Part shown: one piece after another, positions 25,873-36,199 of the stretch
How the letters are laid out: each line of letters opens with the position of its first letter
Numbering within the stretch: the stretch's first letter is position 1
Origin: Squalus acanthias
Lineage: Eukaryota
Assembly: GCA_030390025.1 (NCBI GenBank)
Contig: CM059431.1
Coordinates: 127,288,001-127,352,000 of the forward strand
Reading direction: 5' to 3'
Length of the DNA stretch: 64,000 bases
Program-made: the position numbers and the translations under genes
Notes under the pieces: model-generated
Told to the model about the DNA's origin: nothing
The model's database searches: none
What the model saw: the letters and a program-made list of their open reading frames with translations, nothing else

Positions 25873-26006
25873 TTTGACTTTTTTTAAGAATAAATGTAGC
25901 TAATTCTTCGCTGCCACAATACTCCTGATAATAAATAACCTTGAAATCATGGAATGAGACTGTTGCACTGTGTGAAACTGACAAGAAAGCACTGAAACTC
26001 CACTAA

Positions 26007-26545
26007 CCAATGGTGAAGCGATTGAAATCGAGGATGCTCAAGAGGCCAGGATTGGCGGAGCACAGAGATCTCGGGGGTTGTAGGGCTGGAGGAGATTACA
26101 GAGATAGGGAGGGGTGAGGCCATGGAGTGATTTGAAAACAAAGATGAGAATTTTAAAATTGAGGTGTTGCTTAACCGGGAGCCAATGTAGGTCAGCGAGC
26201 ATAAGGGAGATGGGTGAACGGGACTTGGTGCGAGTTAAGACACGGGCAGCCGAGTTTTAGATGACCTCAAGTTTACGGAGGGTAGAACGTGGGAGGCTGG
26301 CCAGGAGTGCATTGCATTAGTCAAGTCTAGAGGTAACATAGGCATGGATGAGGGTTTCAGCAGCAGATGAGCTGAGGCAGGGGCTGAGCCGGGCGATGTT
26401 CCGGAGATGGAAATAGCGGTCTTAGTGATGGCGCGAATATATGGTCTGAAGCTCATCTCAGTGTCAAATATAACATCAAGGCTGCGAACAGTCTGGTTCA
26501 GCCTCAGACAGTTGTTAGGGAGAGGGATGGAGTGGGTGGACTTTC
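26007..26545 (-). mobile_element. L2 LINE 3' part
   Basis: LRLNQTVRSL, LHWLPV...FKILIFVFKSLHGLTPPYL. Confidence 0.88.
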
Positions 26546-27077
26546 CCACCCATGGAAAAACTCTCCCTCAAGCCCGTTACCACTGCACTTTCTAATTCCC
26601 AACTATCCAGCCTTTGGCCTACAATTCTTCATGACATTTCTGCAGCTACTGATTTGCTAAATCACACCCTCTCCACCACCTTTGATGCCCTTGTCCCCAC
26701 TAAAACCATTACACTCTCTCAACCTAGTCGTTCTCCCTGTTATACCCCCCGTCTCCACTCCCTTAAGTCCAAGGGACGCAGACTTGAAAGTCTTTGGTGG
26801 ACAACTGTTCCAACCATCCATCACCAGATATGGCTGGATCATATAAAGCTTTATCGGGTCCTGCTCTGCATCGCTAAAACTGCTCACTATTGCAAGATCT
26901 TCCAGGAAGGCAAAGATAACAATAGGCTTCTCTTCTTAAGTGAAGGGGAAAAGTTAACTATTTGGGATTCTGTTGGTTTAAGAAGAGTAAAACAAGGTTA
27001 CACTGCAGTAGCAGTAAATTGGCACAGCAGGCAGTGGAAACCAGTTTTCTAATCAATCAGCAGGGGTCAAAGTCAGA

Positions 27078-27156
27078 GGGCGGGGCCAATTCATTGGTAC
27101 CCATATATATAGGTGGAGCTGTTGCTAAACCCGAGACACTACACTAGTAGTGTCTC
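27078..27156 (+). promoter_or_regulatory. Candidate Pol II promoter and hairpin in the CR1 5' UTR
   Basis: GC box 27078-27086, CCAAT 27086-27090, ATTGG 27093-27097, TATATATA 27104-27111, 10-bp hairpin 27133-27156. Confidence 0.45.
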
Positions 27157-27268
27157 CCACCCTCCCACCTCCTCTAACCTTTAGGGGTAGAGGGAATTTA
27201 AAAGGTAGGTTCGATTTATATTTTGTTTTCAGGGACTTAACTTAATAAAGTAATATAAGGGTTAAGTC

Positions 27269-28213
27269 ATGGCAGGAAATCTCAGAACCGTGTCGTGCTC
27301 CTCCTGTGCTATGTGGGAAATCAGGGACACTTCCAGTGTCCCTGACAACTATGTGTGCAGGAAGTGCGTCCAGCTGCAGCTCCTGACGGACCGCATTGCG
27401 GCACTGGAGCTACGGATGGACTCACTCTGGAGCATCCACGATGCCGAGAACTTTGTGGATTACTCATTTAGTGAGTTGAACACACCGCGGGTAAAGGCTA
27501 GGTCAGACAGTAAATGGGTGACCAAGAGGCAGGGCAATATCAGGAAGGTAGTGCAGGAGTCCCCTGCGGTCATCTCCCTCCAAAACAGATTATCCGTTTT
27601 GGATACTGTTGGGGGAAATGACCTACCAGGGGAAGGCACCAGCAGCCAGGTTCATGGCACCATGGCTGGCTCTGCTGCACAGCAGGGCGGGAAAAAGAGT
27701 GGTAGAGCTATAGTGATAGGAGACTCAATTGTAAGGGGAATAGACAGGAGTTTCTGTGGCCGCAACCGAGATTCCAGGATGGTATGTTGCCTCCCTGGTG
27801 CAAGGGTCAAGGATGTCTCGGAGCGGCTGCAGAACATTCTGGAAAGGGAGGGTGAAGAGCCAGCTGTCGTGGTGCATGTAGGTACCAACGATATAGGTAA
27901 AAAGCGGGAAGAGGTCCTACAAGCAGAATTTAGGGAGCTAGGAGCTAAATTGAAAAGTAGGACCTCAAAGGTAGTAATCTCTGGGTTGCTACCAGTGCCA
28001 CGTGCTAATCAGAGTAGCATGAACAGGATAGCGAGATTAAATACGTGGCTTGAGCAGTGGTGCAGGAGGGAGGGATTCAAATACCTGAGGCATTGGAACC
28101 AGTTCTGGGGGAAGTGGGACTTGTACAAAAGGGACGGTCTGCACTTGGGCAGGACTGGAACCGATGTCCTCGGGGTAATATTTGCTAAGGCAGTTCGGGA
28201 GGATTTAAACTAA
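27269..28213 (+). CDS. CR1 ORF1p: Cys finger, coiled coil and SGNH/GDSL esterase (314 aa)
   Basis: CSSC...CRKC, VIGDSIVR, HVGTND, DGLH; uninterrupted. Confidence 0.95.
   Translation: MAGNLRTVSCSSCAMWEIRDTSSVPDNYVCRKCVQLQLLTDRIAALELRMDSLWSIHDAENFVDYSFSELNTPRVKARSDSKWVTKRQGNIRKVVQESPAVISLQNRLSVLDTVGGNDLPGEGTSSQVHGTMAGSAAQQGGKKSGRAIVIGDSIVRGIDRSFCGRNRDSRMVCCLPGARVKDVSERLQNILEREGEEPAVVVHVGTNDIGKKREEVLQAEFRELGAKLKSRTSKVVISGLLPVPRANQSSMNRIARLNTWLEQWCRREGFKYLRHWNQFWGKWDLYKRDGLHLGRTGTDVLGVIFAKAVREDLN
28204..28210 (+). promoter_or_regulatory. Candidate -1 ribosomal frameshift slippery site T_TTA_AAC
   Basis: X XXY YYZ phasing in the ORF1 frame directly before TAA; the -1 frame is open into ORF2. Confidence 0.55.
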
Positions 28214-28260
28214 TATGGCAGGGGAATGGGAACCTATGTAGCGAAACAGGGGGAAGTAAT

Positions 28261-31198
28261 ATGCAGTCAGAAACAAATGTTAGAAGGGTGAGGAACAATA
28301 AGGAAAATCCGAGTAAACAAAGGCAAGAAACACAAAGGGCCATACTAAATCATAAGTCTAAAAGGACAAAGGGTGTTAATAAAACAAGCCTAAAGGCTCT
28401 GTGTCTTAATGCAAGGAGTATCCGTAATAAGGTGGATGAATTGACTGTGCAAATTGATGTTAACGGATATGATGTGATTGGGATTACAGAGACGTGGCTC
28501 CAGAACAATCAAGGCTGGGAACTGAATATCCAGGGGTATTCAACATTCAGGAAGGATAGAATAAAAGGAAAAGGGGGTGGGGTAGCATTGCTGGTTAAAA
28601 AGGAGATTAATGCAATAGCTAGGAAGGACATTAGTGTGGAGGATGTGGAATCAATATGGGTTGAGCTGCAGAACACCAAAGGGCAGAAAACGTTAGTGGG
28701 GGTTGTGTACAGACCTCCAAACAGTAGTAGTGAGGTGGGGGAGGGTATGAAACAGGAAATCAGAGGTGCATGCAAAAAAGGCGCAGCAGTTATCATGGGT
28801 GACTTGAATATGCATATAGATTGGGCTACTCAAACTGGAAGCAATACGGTGGAGGAGGATTTCCTGGAGTGTTTAAGGGATGGTTTCCTAAACCAATATG
28901 TTGAGGAACCAACTAGAGGGGAGGCCATCCTGGACTGGGTGTTGTGTAATGAGGAAGGACTAATCAGCAATCTTGTGGTGCGAGGCCCCTTGGGGAAGAG
29001 TGACCATAGTATGGTGGAGTTCTACATTAGGATGGAGAAGGAAACAGTTAATTCAGAGACCATGGTCCAGAACTTAAATAAGGGCAACTTTGAGGGTATG
29101 AGGCGTGAATTGGCGAGGTTAGATTGGCAAGCGATATTTAAGGGGTTATCAGTGGAAGGGCAATGGCAGACATTTAGAGATCGCATGGATGAACTACAGC
29201 AATTGTACATCCCTGTCTGGCGTAAAAATAAAAAAGGGAAGGTGGCTCAACCATGGCTAACAAGGGAAATCAGGGATAGTATTAAAAGCAAGGAAGTGGC
29301 ATACAAATTGGCCAGAAGCAGCAGCAAACCCGGGGACTGGGAGAACTTTAAAACTCAGCAGAGGAGGACGAAGGGTTTGATTAGGGCAGGGAAAATAAAA
29401 TATGAAAGGAAGCTTGCGGAGAACATTAAAACGGACTGCAAAAGCTTCTATAAATATGTAAAAAGAAAGAGGTTAGTAAAAACAAACGTAGGTCCCCTGC
29501 AGTCAGAAACAGGGGAAGTCATAATGGGGAACAAAGAAATGGCAGATCAATTGAACAAGTACTTTGGTTCGGTGTTTACTGTGGAGGACACAAACAACCT
29601 TCCGGAAATAAAAGAGATCAAAGGATCTGGTAAGAGGGAGGAGCTGAGGGAAATCCTTATCAGACGGGAAAAGGTGTTGGGGAAATTGATGGGACTGAAG
29701 GCTGATAAATCCCCAAGGCCTGATGGTCTGCATCCCAGAGTACTTAAGGAGGTGGCCTTGGAAATAGTGGATGCATTGACGATCATTTTCCAACATTCCT
29801 TAGACTCTGGATCAGTTCCGAAGGAGTGGAGGGTGGCTAATGTAACCCCTCTTTTTAAAAAAGGAGGGAGGGAGAAAGCAGGGAATTATAGACTGGTCAG
29901 CCTGACATCGGTGGTGGGTAAAATGATGGAATCAATTATTAAAGATGTCATAACAGACCATTTGGAAAGTGGCGACATGATAGGTCCAAGTCAGCATGGA
30001 TTTGTGATAGGGAAATCATGCTTGACAAATCTTCTGGAATTTTTTGAGGATGTTTCCAATAGGGTGGACGGGGGGGGAACCAGTAGATGTGGTGTATTTG
30101 GACTTTCAGAAGGCCTTCGACAAGGTCCCACACAAGAGATTGGTGTGCAAAGTTAAAGCACATGGGATTGGGGGTAATGTGTTGACGTGGATTGAGAACT
30201 GGTTGGCACACAGGAAACAAAGAGTAGGAGTAAATGGGTACTTTTCAGAATGGCAGGCAGTGACCAGTGGGGTACTGCAGGGTTCGGTGCTGGGGCCCCA
30301 GCTGTTTACATTATATATTAATGATTTGGACGAAGGGATTAAGTGTAATATCTCCAAATTTGCGGATGACACTAAATTGGGAGGCAGTGTGAACAATGAG
30401 GAGGATGCTAGGAGGCTACAGAGTGACTTGGACAGGTTGGGTGAATGGGCAAATGTATGGCAGATGAAGTACAATGTGGATAAATGTGAGGTTATCCACT
30501 TTGGTGGTAAAAATAGGGAGGCAGACTATTATCTGAATGGCGGCAGATTAGGGAAAGGGGAGGTGCAACGAGACCTGGGCGTCATGGTACATCAGTCACT
30601 GAAGGTGGGAAGGCAAGTGCAGCAGGCAGTCAAGAAAGCAAATGGCATGATGGCCTTCATAGCAAGGGGATTTGAGTACAGGAGTAGGGAGGTGATGCTA
30701 CAGTTGTACAGGGCCTTGGTGAGGCCACACCTGGAGTATTGTGTGCAGTTTTGGTCTCCTAACTTGAGGAAGGACATTCTTGCTATTGAGGGAGTGCAAC
30801 GAAGGTTCACTAGATTGATTCCTGGGATGGCCAGACTGACATATCAAGAAAGACTGGATCAACTGAACTTGTATCCTCTGGAGTTCAGAAGAATGAGGGG
30901 GGATCTTATAGAGACGTTTAAAATCCTGACTGGTTTAGACAAATTAGATGCGGGCAGAATGTTTCCAATGTTAGGGAAAACTAAAACCAGGGGTCACAGT
31001 CTAAGGATAAAGGGGAAGCCATTTAAGACTGAGATGAGGAGGAACTTCTTCACCCAGAGAGTGGTGAATCTGTGGAATTCTCTACCACAGAAGGTTGTTG
31101 AGGCCAGTTCGCTAAATATATTCAAAAGGGAGTTAGATATAATACTCACAACTAGGGGGATCAAGGGGTATGGCGAGAAAGCAGGAATGGGGTACTGA
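28261..31198 (+). CDS. CR1 ORF2p: APE endonuclease plus RT, one frameshift in a G8 run (30070-30077)
   Basis: NARSI, ITETW, YRPP, SDH, QHGF, YLDFQKAFD, QGSVLGP, FADD; removing one G gives VDGGEPVDVV and fuses the 631-aa and 384-aa ORFs. Confidence 0.93.
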
Positions 31199-32725
31199 GG
31201 TAGCATGTTCAGCCATGAACGCATTGAATGGCGGTGCAGGCTCGAAGGACCGAATGGTCTACTCCTGCACCTATTTTCTATGTTTCTATGTTTCTATGTT
31301 TCTCCACCACTACCCGGCTTCTTAAACTACCCTCCCCTGTCTCCTCCTCCCTCGCCTTCAACAATAAAAACACCGGGAACATCCGTTTAACTGCCTCTCC
31401 TACTTCCCTCCCTTCTCCTAGCCCACCGGGCCTAACTTCCTCTCGGTTTCCCCCCTGCCCTAACCCTGAATTTGCATATTTCTCTAGTTTCGAATGGCCT
31501 CCTTCTGTGCCATAAACTTCTATGATTCTATGATTCTATGACTGTATTTCTGATACATAGTGATTAGGAAGTGTATCTTGGTCAAATATGCCAGTGAATG
31601 AACTTAAAGCTGCTATAGATCAGCTTTGCCTTTAACGGATAACTCCCGGTGGGGAGCCTCGCTGCCTAAGGCACGGATCAGAAATTCTGGCTACGCAGAG
31701 TTAGATTTTCTTTTACTATTATATTTATGTTCAAAAAAAGGACATGCAGCAAATGCTACAATTTCCAATACACAATCTTGAGGCTTTCTGACAGGAGAAC
31801 AAAATTTGGAAAATTACCTCTTAAGTATAGAACTAATCTCACATCCCAAAAAGTGCATAATATACCTGAAAAAAATGCCATTATGGAAAGTATTGGCCAG
31901 GGTTTTCATTTGCCAGACTATGATTTGTAATTAAAATGAATGGGGGGAGTAATCAGGGCTGCTGAGTGTATGAGCAGAAAACCCCAGTAGTTGTATGGTC
32001 ACATGATCTCTGATACTTCTGGGCTGCACAGAAGCAAAAGTAGCCACCATTATTTATGGATCTTCTACTGCTGTTATGTTAAATCTTCTTATAATAATGC
32101 AAACCACAAAGTGCTTTTTCCTGGCCCTTGCTCCCAGGAATGACGATTTCTCTTGGTGCAAAGATTAGGAAAAACTACCGGAGACCTGTTTCAGGCAGAC
32201 TAAAGACAGGAGGTGAGTGATTTCTTTTGACATTTTTTTCGCCCCCTCCCCCTAAATGGGATTTTCTGGCTGCTGTTCCCCATCTGCAGCCAGAAGCCAA
32301 CCATCACAGAGACCTGACAGATGCAGATCTGAGAGGTTTATGGCTACGCTTAAGCTTTCTGCCCCTTTCACTGCCCAACCCTGCCGAGCAGCAGGTCTGT
32401 GTCAGGAAATCCCTTCATTCCCAGAGTGGTCAGAAGCAGTGCACTTTGGGTACAATGCTTCTGTCCAGCATCAGGGTGGTGGGGGCAGGGGGAGGATAAG
32501 AAAATCTATCTGCGATTCATGCAAAGCTAAGTTTAAAAGTTCTCAGGTGGCCTTTTAATCTTAATTTGTATTTCTATAGTCTATGATAATATTCCTTGTA
32601 ACATGATCTGCCTTGCTGTAGCTTTTTTATAGGTGTTTAGGAATAAAGTGCCAGAGAGTCAGAGTTCAAATCCATATCAACTGTGCATAACAGTTGTATT
32701 AAACTTTTTAGTACATTTGTCTTAC

Positions 32726-34704
32726 CTCGTCATTTTAGCACAAATTTCCTCGCAGATAGACATAGGCCGCGATTTTACGAACCTTGGCGGGTCCGTGGCG
32801 GGCATCGTTGGTGGCACGTCCCGACCCTGCTGCTGCCTTTATCCCTGCCTCTGAAATGACTTTCCATTGATAGGGCTTGTTAAGCCTGCTCAGCGTGCTT
32901 ACCGGCCAATTAGAAGAAGTGGGTCTGGTGACATCATTTGATGACGCATCATCAACCGTTTTCCTTAAAGGGTCCGTGGCCAACTTTCTTTTGACATTTG
33001 TGCTGTCAGTGTTCTACAGCATTGAGGTGCTGCAAACACTGACAAGCGCTGCACAGAGGTGTAGGGCTGCACCCAGGCTCTCCCATGACTCCCTCCCTAT
33101 GCTTAGGGAGGGAGTCAGAGCACAGAGGGAGGTCCTCTTCCCTTCCCATGGGCGGAAAAGACCTCCCCAGAAGATCAACACAGCCTGGTTGCACATTGCA
33201 GAGGAGGGCACAAGCAGGGATGTGGTCAGGAGGACCAGGCTGCAGTGCTGCAAACATTTCAATGATCTCAGTAGATCACGAAACGTTAGTACAAAGCCAC
33301 ACTCAACCTCATCCTACTGTGCCTCTCATCACATCCCCATCACTCTGCCTTCCCTACCCCATTCCTGCACATCCTTACTCACACCTTGCCCCTCCACCCA
33401 TCCTGTCTATCTACATTATTACATCCCCATCTCACTAGCCACCCCTCACACTCACCCTTATGCTAGTGCAATCATACCAACTAACAACACACAAGGGTAG
33501 GCACTTGGGTCTTTTATGCAACGTTCATGCAAAGTTTCTGTTATTGTTCTGTCAAACATTGGAACCCTTATTTTCAATACTTTGCATTCTTGGACAGTTC
33601 TGTGTGCACATTTGGAAGTGGCTTAGTGAGTTGCAGTGAATGGTGAGACATAACGGTACCCCCCAATGGTGATGAGTGTGAAAGGAATGGCTTAGGCATT
33701 GTAGGGATGCTTTATGGTGTTGGTGTGGGGTGGTACCAACTTGGCGCATCATGTGGCAGCCAGGATGTACAACAACAAGTGAAGTAAATCTGGCCATGGT
33801 GAGGCCATCCCTGGCCTCCCGGGAAGCAATGTGGTCGGGTGCTGATGCCCTCTGTCCTGTGCTGCATCAGGTGATTGCGGAGAAGATTGGTGTCATTGTT
33901 GGTGCTGCTGGTATGCCTGGTGCTGCTGGTGTTGGGGCTGATCGTGGTGGGATTCTGAGGACCAAGATGAGAGAGTATAAAGGGCACCCATGCTGATGGA
34001 ATAGATAGCAGGTGAAGTAGAGATGACAGAAGCGATCTGTCAATGGTGAGAGAGGTAATGAGGTCAGACTGGATGGAGACTTGTGTAAAGACTTGCAGAA
34101 TGGTGAATCTGTTGTGGAAATGCAGTGAGGAAGAGCTTGTGGCTGAGGGAAGATATCCCTGTAAGGTGGGAGCTTTTACTGTACATTTGAAGCTGTCAAC
34201 TCAACAGCTGATTCAATGGCCACTGAACTCCCGCCTCAGCTTGACAGACATGGCCGGCGACCAGTGTGGACCCCTTGGGTGAGCTGTCAATTGCAGATGG
34301 TGAGCTGAAATTCATTCTCTAAACAAGCCACTAATGACCTGAATTGGGTCTCCCGCTGTGAACCCGTTGCTGCGTGTCGGGTCTGCTCAGCGCTGACAGA
34401 CCCGACATCGGGGAAAGGCACGTGGCGACGGGTTTACAGTGGGGTCCCGACCCGCTGCGGAAAGAAACACTTTCCCACCCGACCTGCCACCGATCGCACC
34501 AGCTGACCACCCACAAAATCCAGCCCATAGTCACTAAACAGACATCCAAATTATTGTCCATCTCAAAGCAATCAGAAAATGATAAATTGAAATAGAACGA
34601 AAGTATCATAATATCCTGGATAATTAGCAAACACTTCTCAGGTGACATTGCTTCACAGACTGCTGAAAGAAGTAGCAACTCCTGACTTAATTCAACCAAA
34701 TCCT
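32726..34704 (-). pseudogene. Host exon remnant (34704-34527 plus 32761-32726) split by a Harbinger; tentatively dynein heavy chain-like
   Basis: The rejoined frame LVELSQELLLLSAVCEAMSPEKCLLIIQDIMILSFYFNLSFSDCFEMDNNLDVCLVTMSICEEICAKMT is open and ends at AG|GTAAGA. Confidence 0.45.
32765..34526. mobile_element. Internally deleted PIF/Harbinger with Myb/SANT exon 1 remnant
   Basis: TIRs ggccgcgatttt / aaaatccagccc; TSD ata (32762-32764 and 34527-34529); RAAPRLSHDSL...AWLHIAEE...RTRLQCCKHFNDL at about 33040-33285. Confidence 0.9.
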
Positions 34705-34844
34705 GGGTCTAAAATTGTTTTTTGGTGAAAGCAGAAAAAGGACAATAGTGAATCAGCAGACCATTTAAATCGGGCTCTGGGTAAAGCTGCCTACCAACTC
34801 GTTATCGCCCGTTTCGCGCTTTCACCGAAGACCAATTTCACCCC
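34705..34844. mobile_element. 140-bp Harbinger-type MITE
   Basis: Imperfect TIRs of about 27 bp: gggtctaaaattgttttttggtgaaagc / gctttcaccgaagaccaatttcacccc. Confidence 0.7.
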
Positions 34845-35107
34845 GTTGTTTTGAAAGTGACACATGATGCTTGTTGTATTAATAATGCCTGAGTGATTGT
34901 GCAACATTATTGAAGTACAATATAAGTCATGTTTGTGCACTACCCAGTTTGCATTGATGCTTCAACACAAACTGTGAAGGGTACGTTGGATGCAGTCACC
35001 CAAAGTACGTTTAAGCAAAAGGTTTGAGCTCACTTCCAGGAGGTTGCACATCACTTGAGGTTTGTGTCGACTGCAGTTAAACTGTACTTCAGTGCAAAGC
35101 CAAGTTT

Positions 35108-35665
35108 ACATAGGATTACATTACATAGGATTACATAGGATATACAGCACAGAAACAGGCCATTTGGCCCAACCAGTCCATGCCGGCGTTTATACTCTAC
35201 TCGAGCCTCCTCCCGTCTTTCCTCATCTAAATCTGTCAGCATAATCCTCTATTCCCTTCTCCCTCATATACTTGTCTAGCCTCCCCTTAAATGCATCTAT
35301 ACTTTTCGCTTCAACCATTCCCTGTGGTAGCGAGTTCCACATTCTCACCACTCTTTGGGTAAAGAAGTTTCTTCTGAATTCCCTATTGGATTTTTTGGTG
35401 ACTACCTTATATTGAAGGCCTCTAGTTATGCTCTTCCCACAAGTGAAAACATTCTCTCTGTAACCACTCTTTCAAAACCTTTCATAATTTTAAAGACCTC
35501 TATTAGTTCACCCCTCAGCCTTCTTTTTTCAAGAGAAAAAAGACCCAGCCTGTTCATCCTTTCCTGATATGTATACCCTCGCATTTCTGGTATCATCCTT
35601 GTAAATCTTCTCTGCACCCTCTCCAGTGCCTCGATATCCTTTTTATAATATGCCGACCAGAACGT
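35108..35665 (-). mobile_element. 5'-truncated CR1
   Basis: QRRFTRMIP...LEKRRLRGELIEVFKIM; tandem tacatagga tail. Confidence 0.92.
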
Positions 35666-36199
35666 TCTCAGGTAACAGTATGTACTTATTTTGTAGGGTT
35701 TTTTTTTGTACTGATATCAGATAGCCAGCTATCATTCCAGCTGTCTACTGACATTGAAACTTAGTATTCAAAGCTCTGCATGCATGACCCTGGACAAAGG
35801 GTGATGTGGGAGCTGACAGTGTCATTTGGATCTGTTGATCTGATTTCACTCTGCAGAGATACTGGTTAGTGTCTATAACATAACAACATCCTTATGTCTG
35901 TGTTGTATCTGGAAAGGGCTTAGGTTCTTCTGTGTTTGTATGCTAACAGGATCATGATTCGAGTAATACTGCAAGAAAAAGACAGATTTTTCATGCTGCT
36001 TGGCATGGTAAGTGAGTCTTCTCTCAATATTTACAATAGATATTATGTAGGCCTGAGATTTTCTGTGGCAGCCTAATCGTCAAGTTACATCAAAATTTAC
36101 TCAAAATTCACGGTCATTTTGCTGGCAACAATTGATGCCGAAATTAGATGGCAATCTCATTAGTATTAGTGTCAAAACCACCGAAGAAAAGCATGGACC

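Larger units (their letters stand above)
22247..25990. mobile_element. Two-gene PIF/Harbinger transposon (convergent Myb/SANT and transposase), right end not resolved
   Basis: TIR-like ggactagaaattc at 22247; both genes recognisable. Confidence 0.88.
26937..31303 (+). mobile_element. Full-length CR1 LINE
   Basis: 5' UTR, ORF1, ORF2 and a (TTTCTATG)n tail at about 31275-31303; ttct shared at both junctions. Confidence 0.97.
26546..31500 (+). mobile_element. L2 LINE ORF2 linker fragment (26546-26936 and 31304-31500), split by the full-length CR1
   Basis: TLSTTFDALVP...KDNNRLLF|STTTRLLK is continuous across the CR1. Confidence 0.8.
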
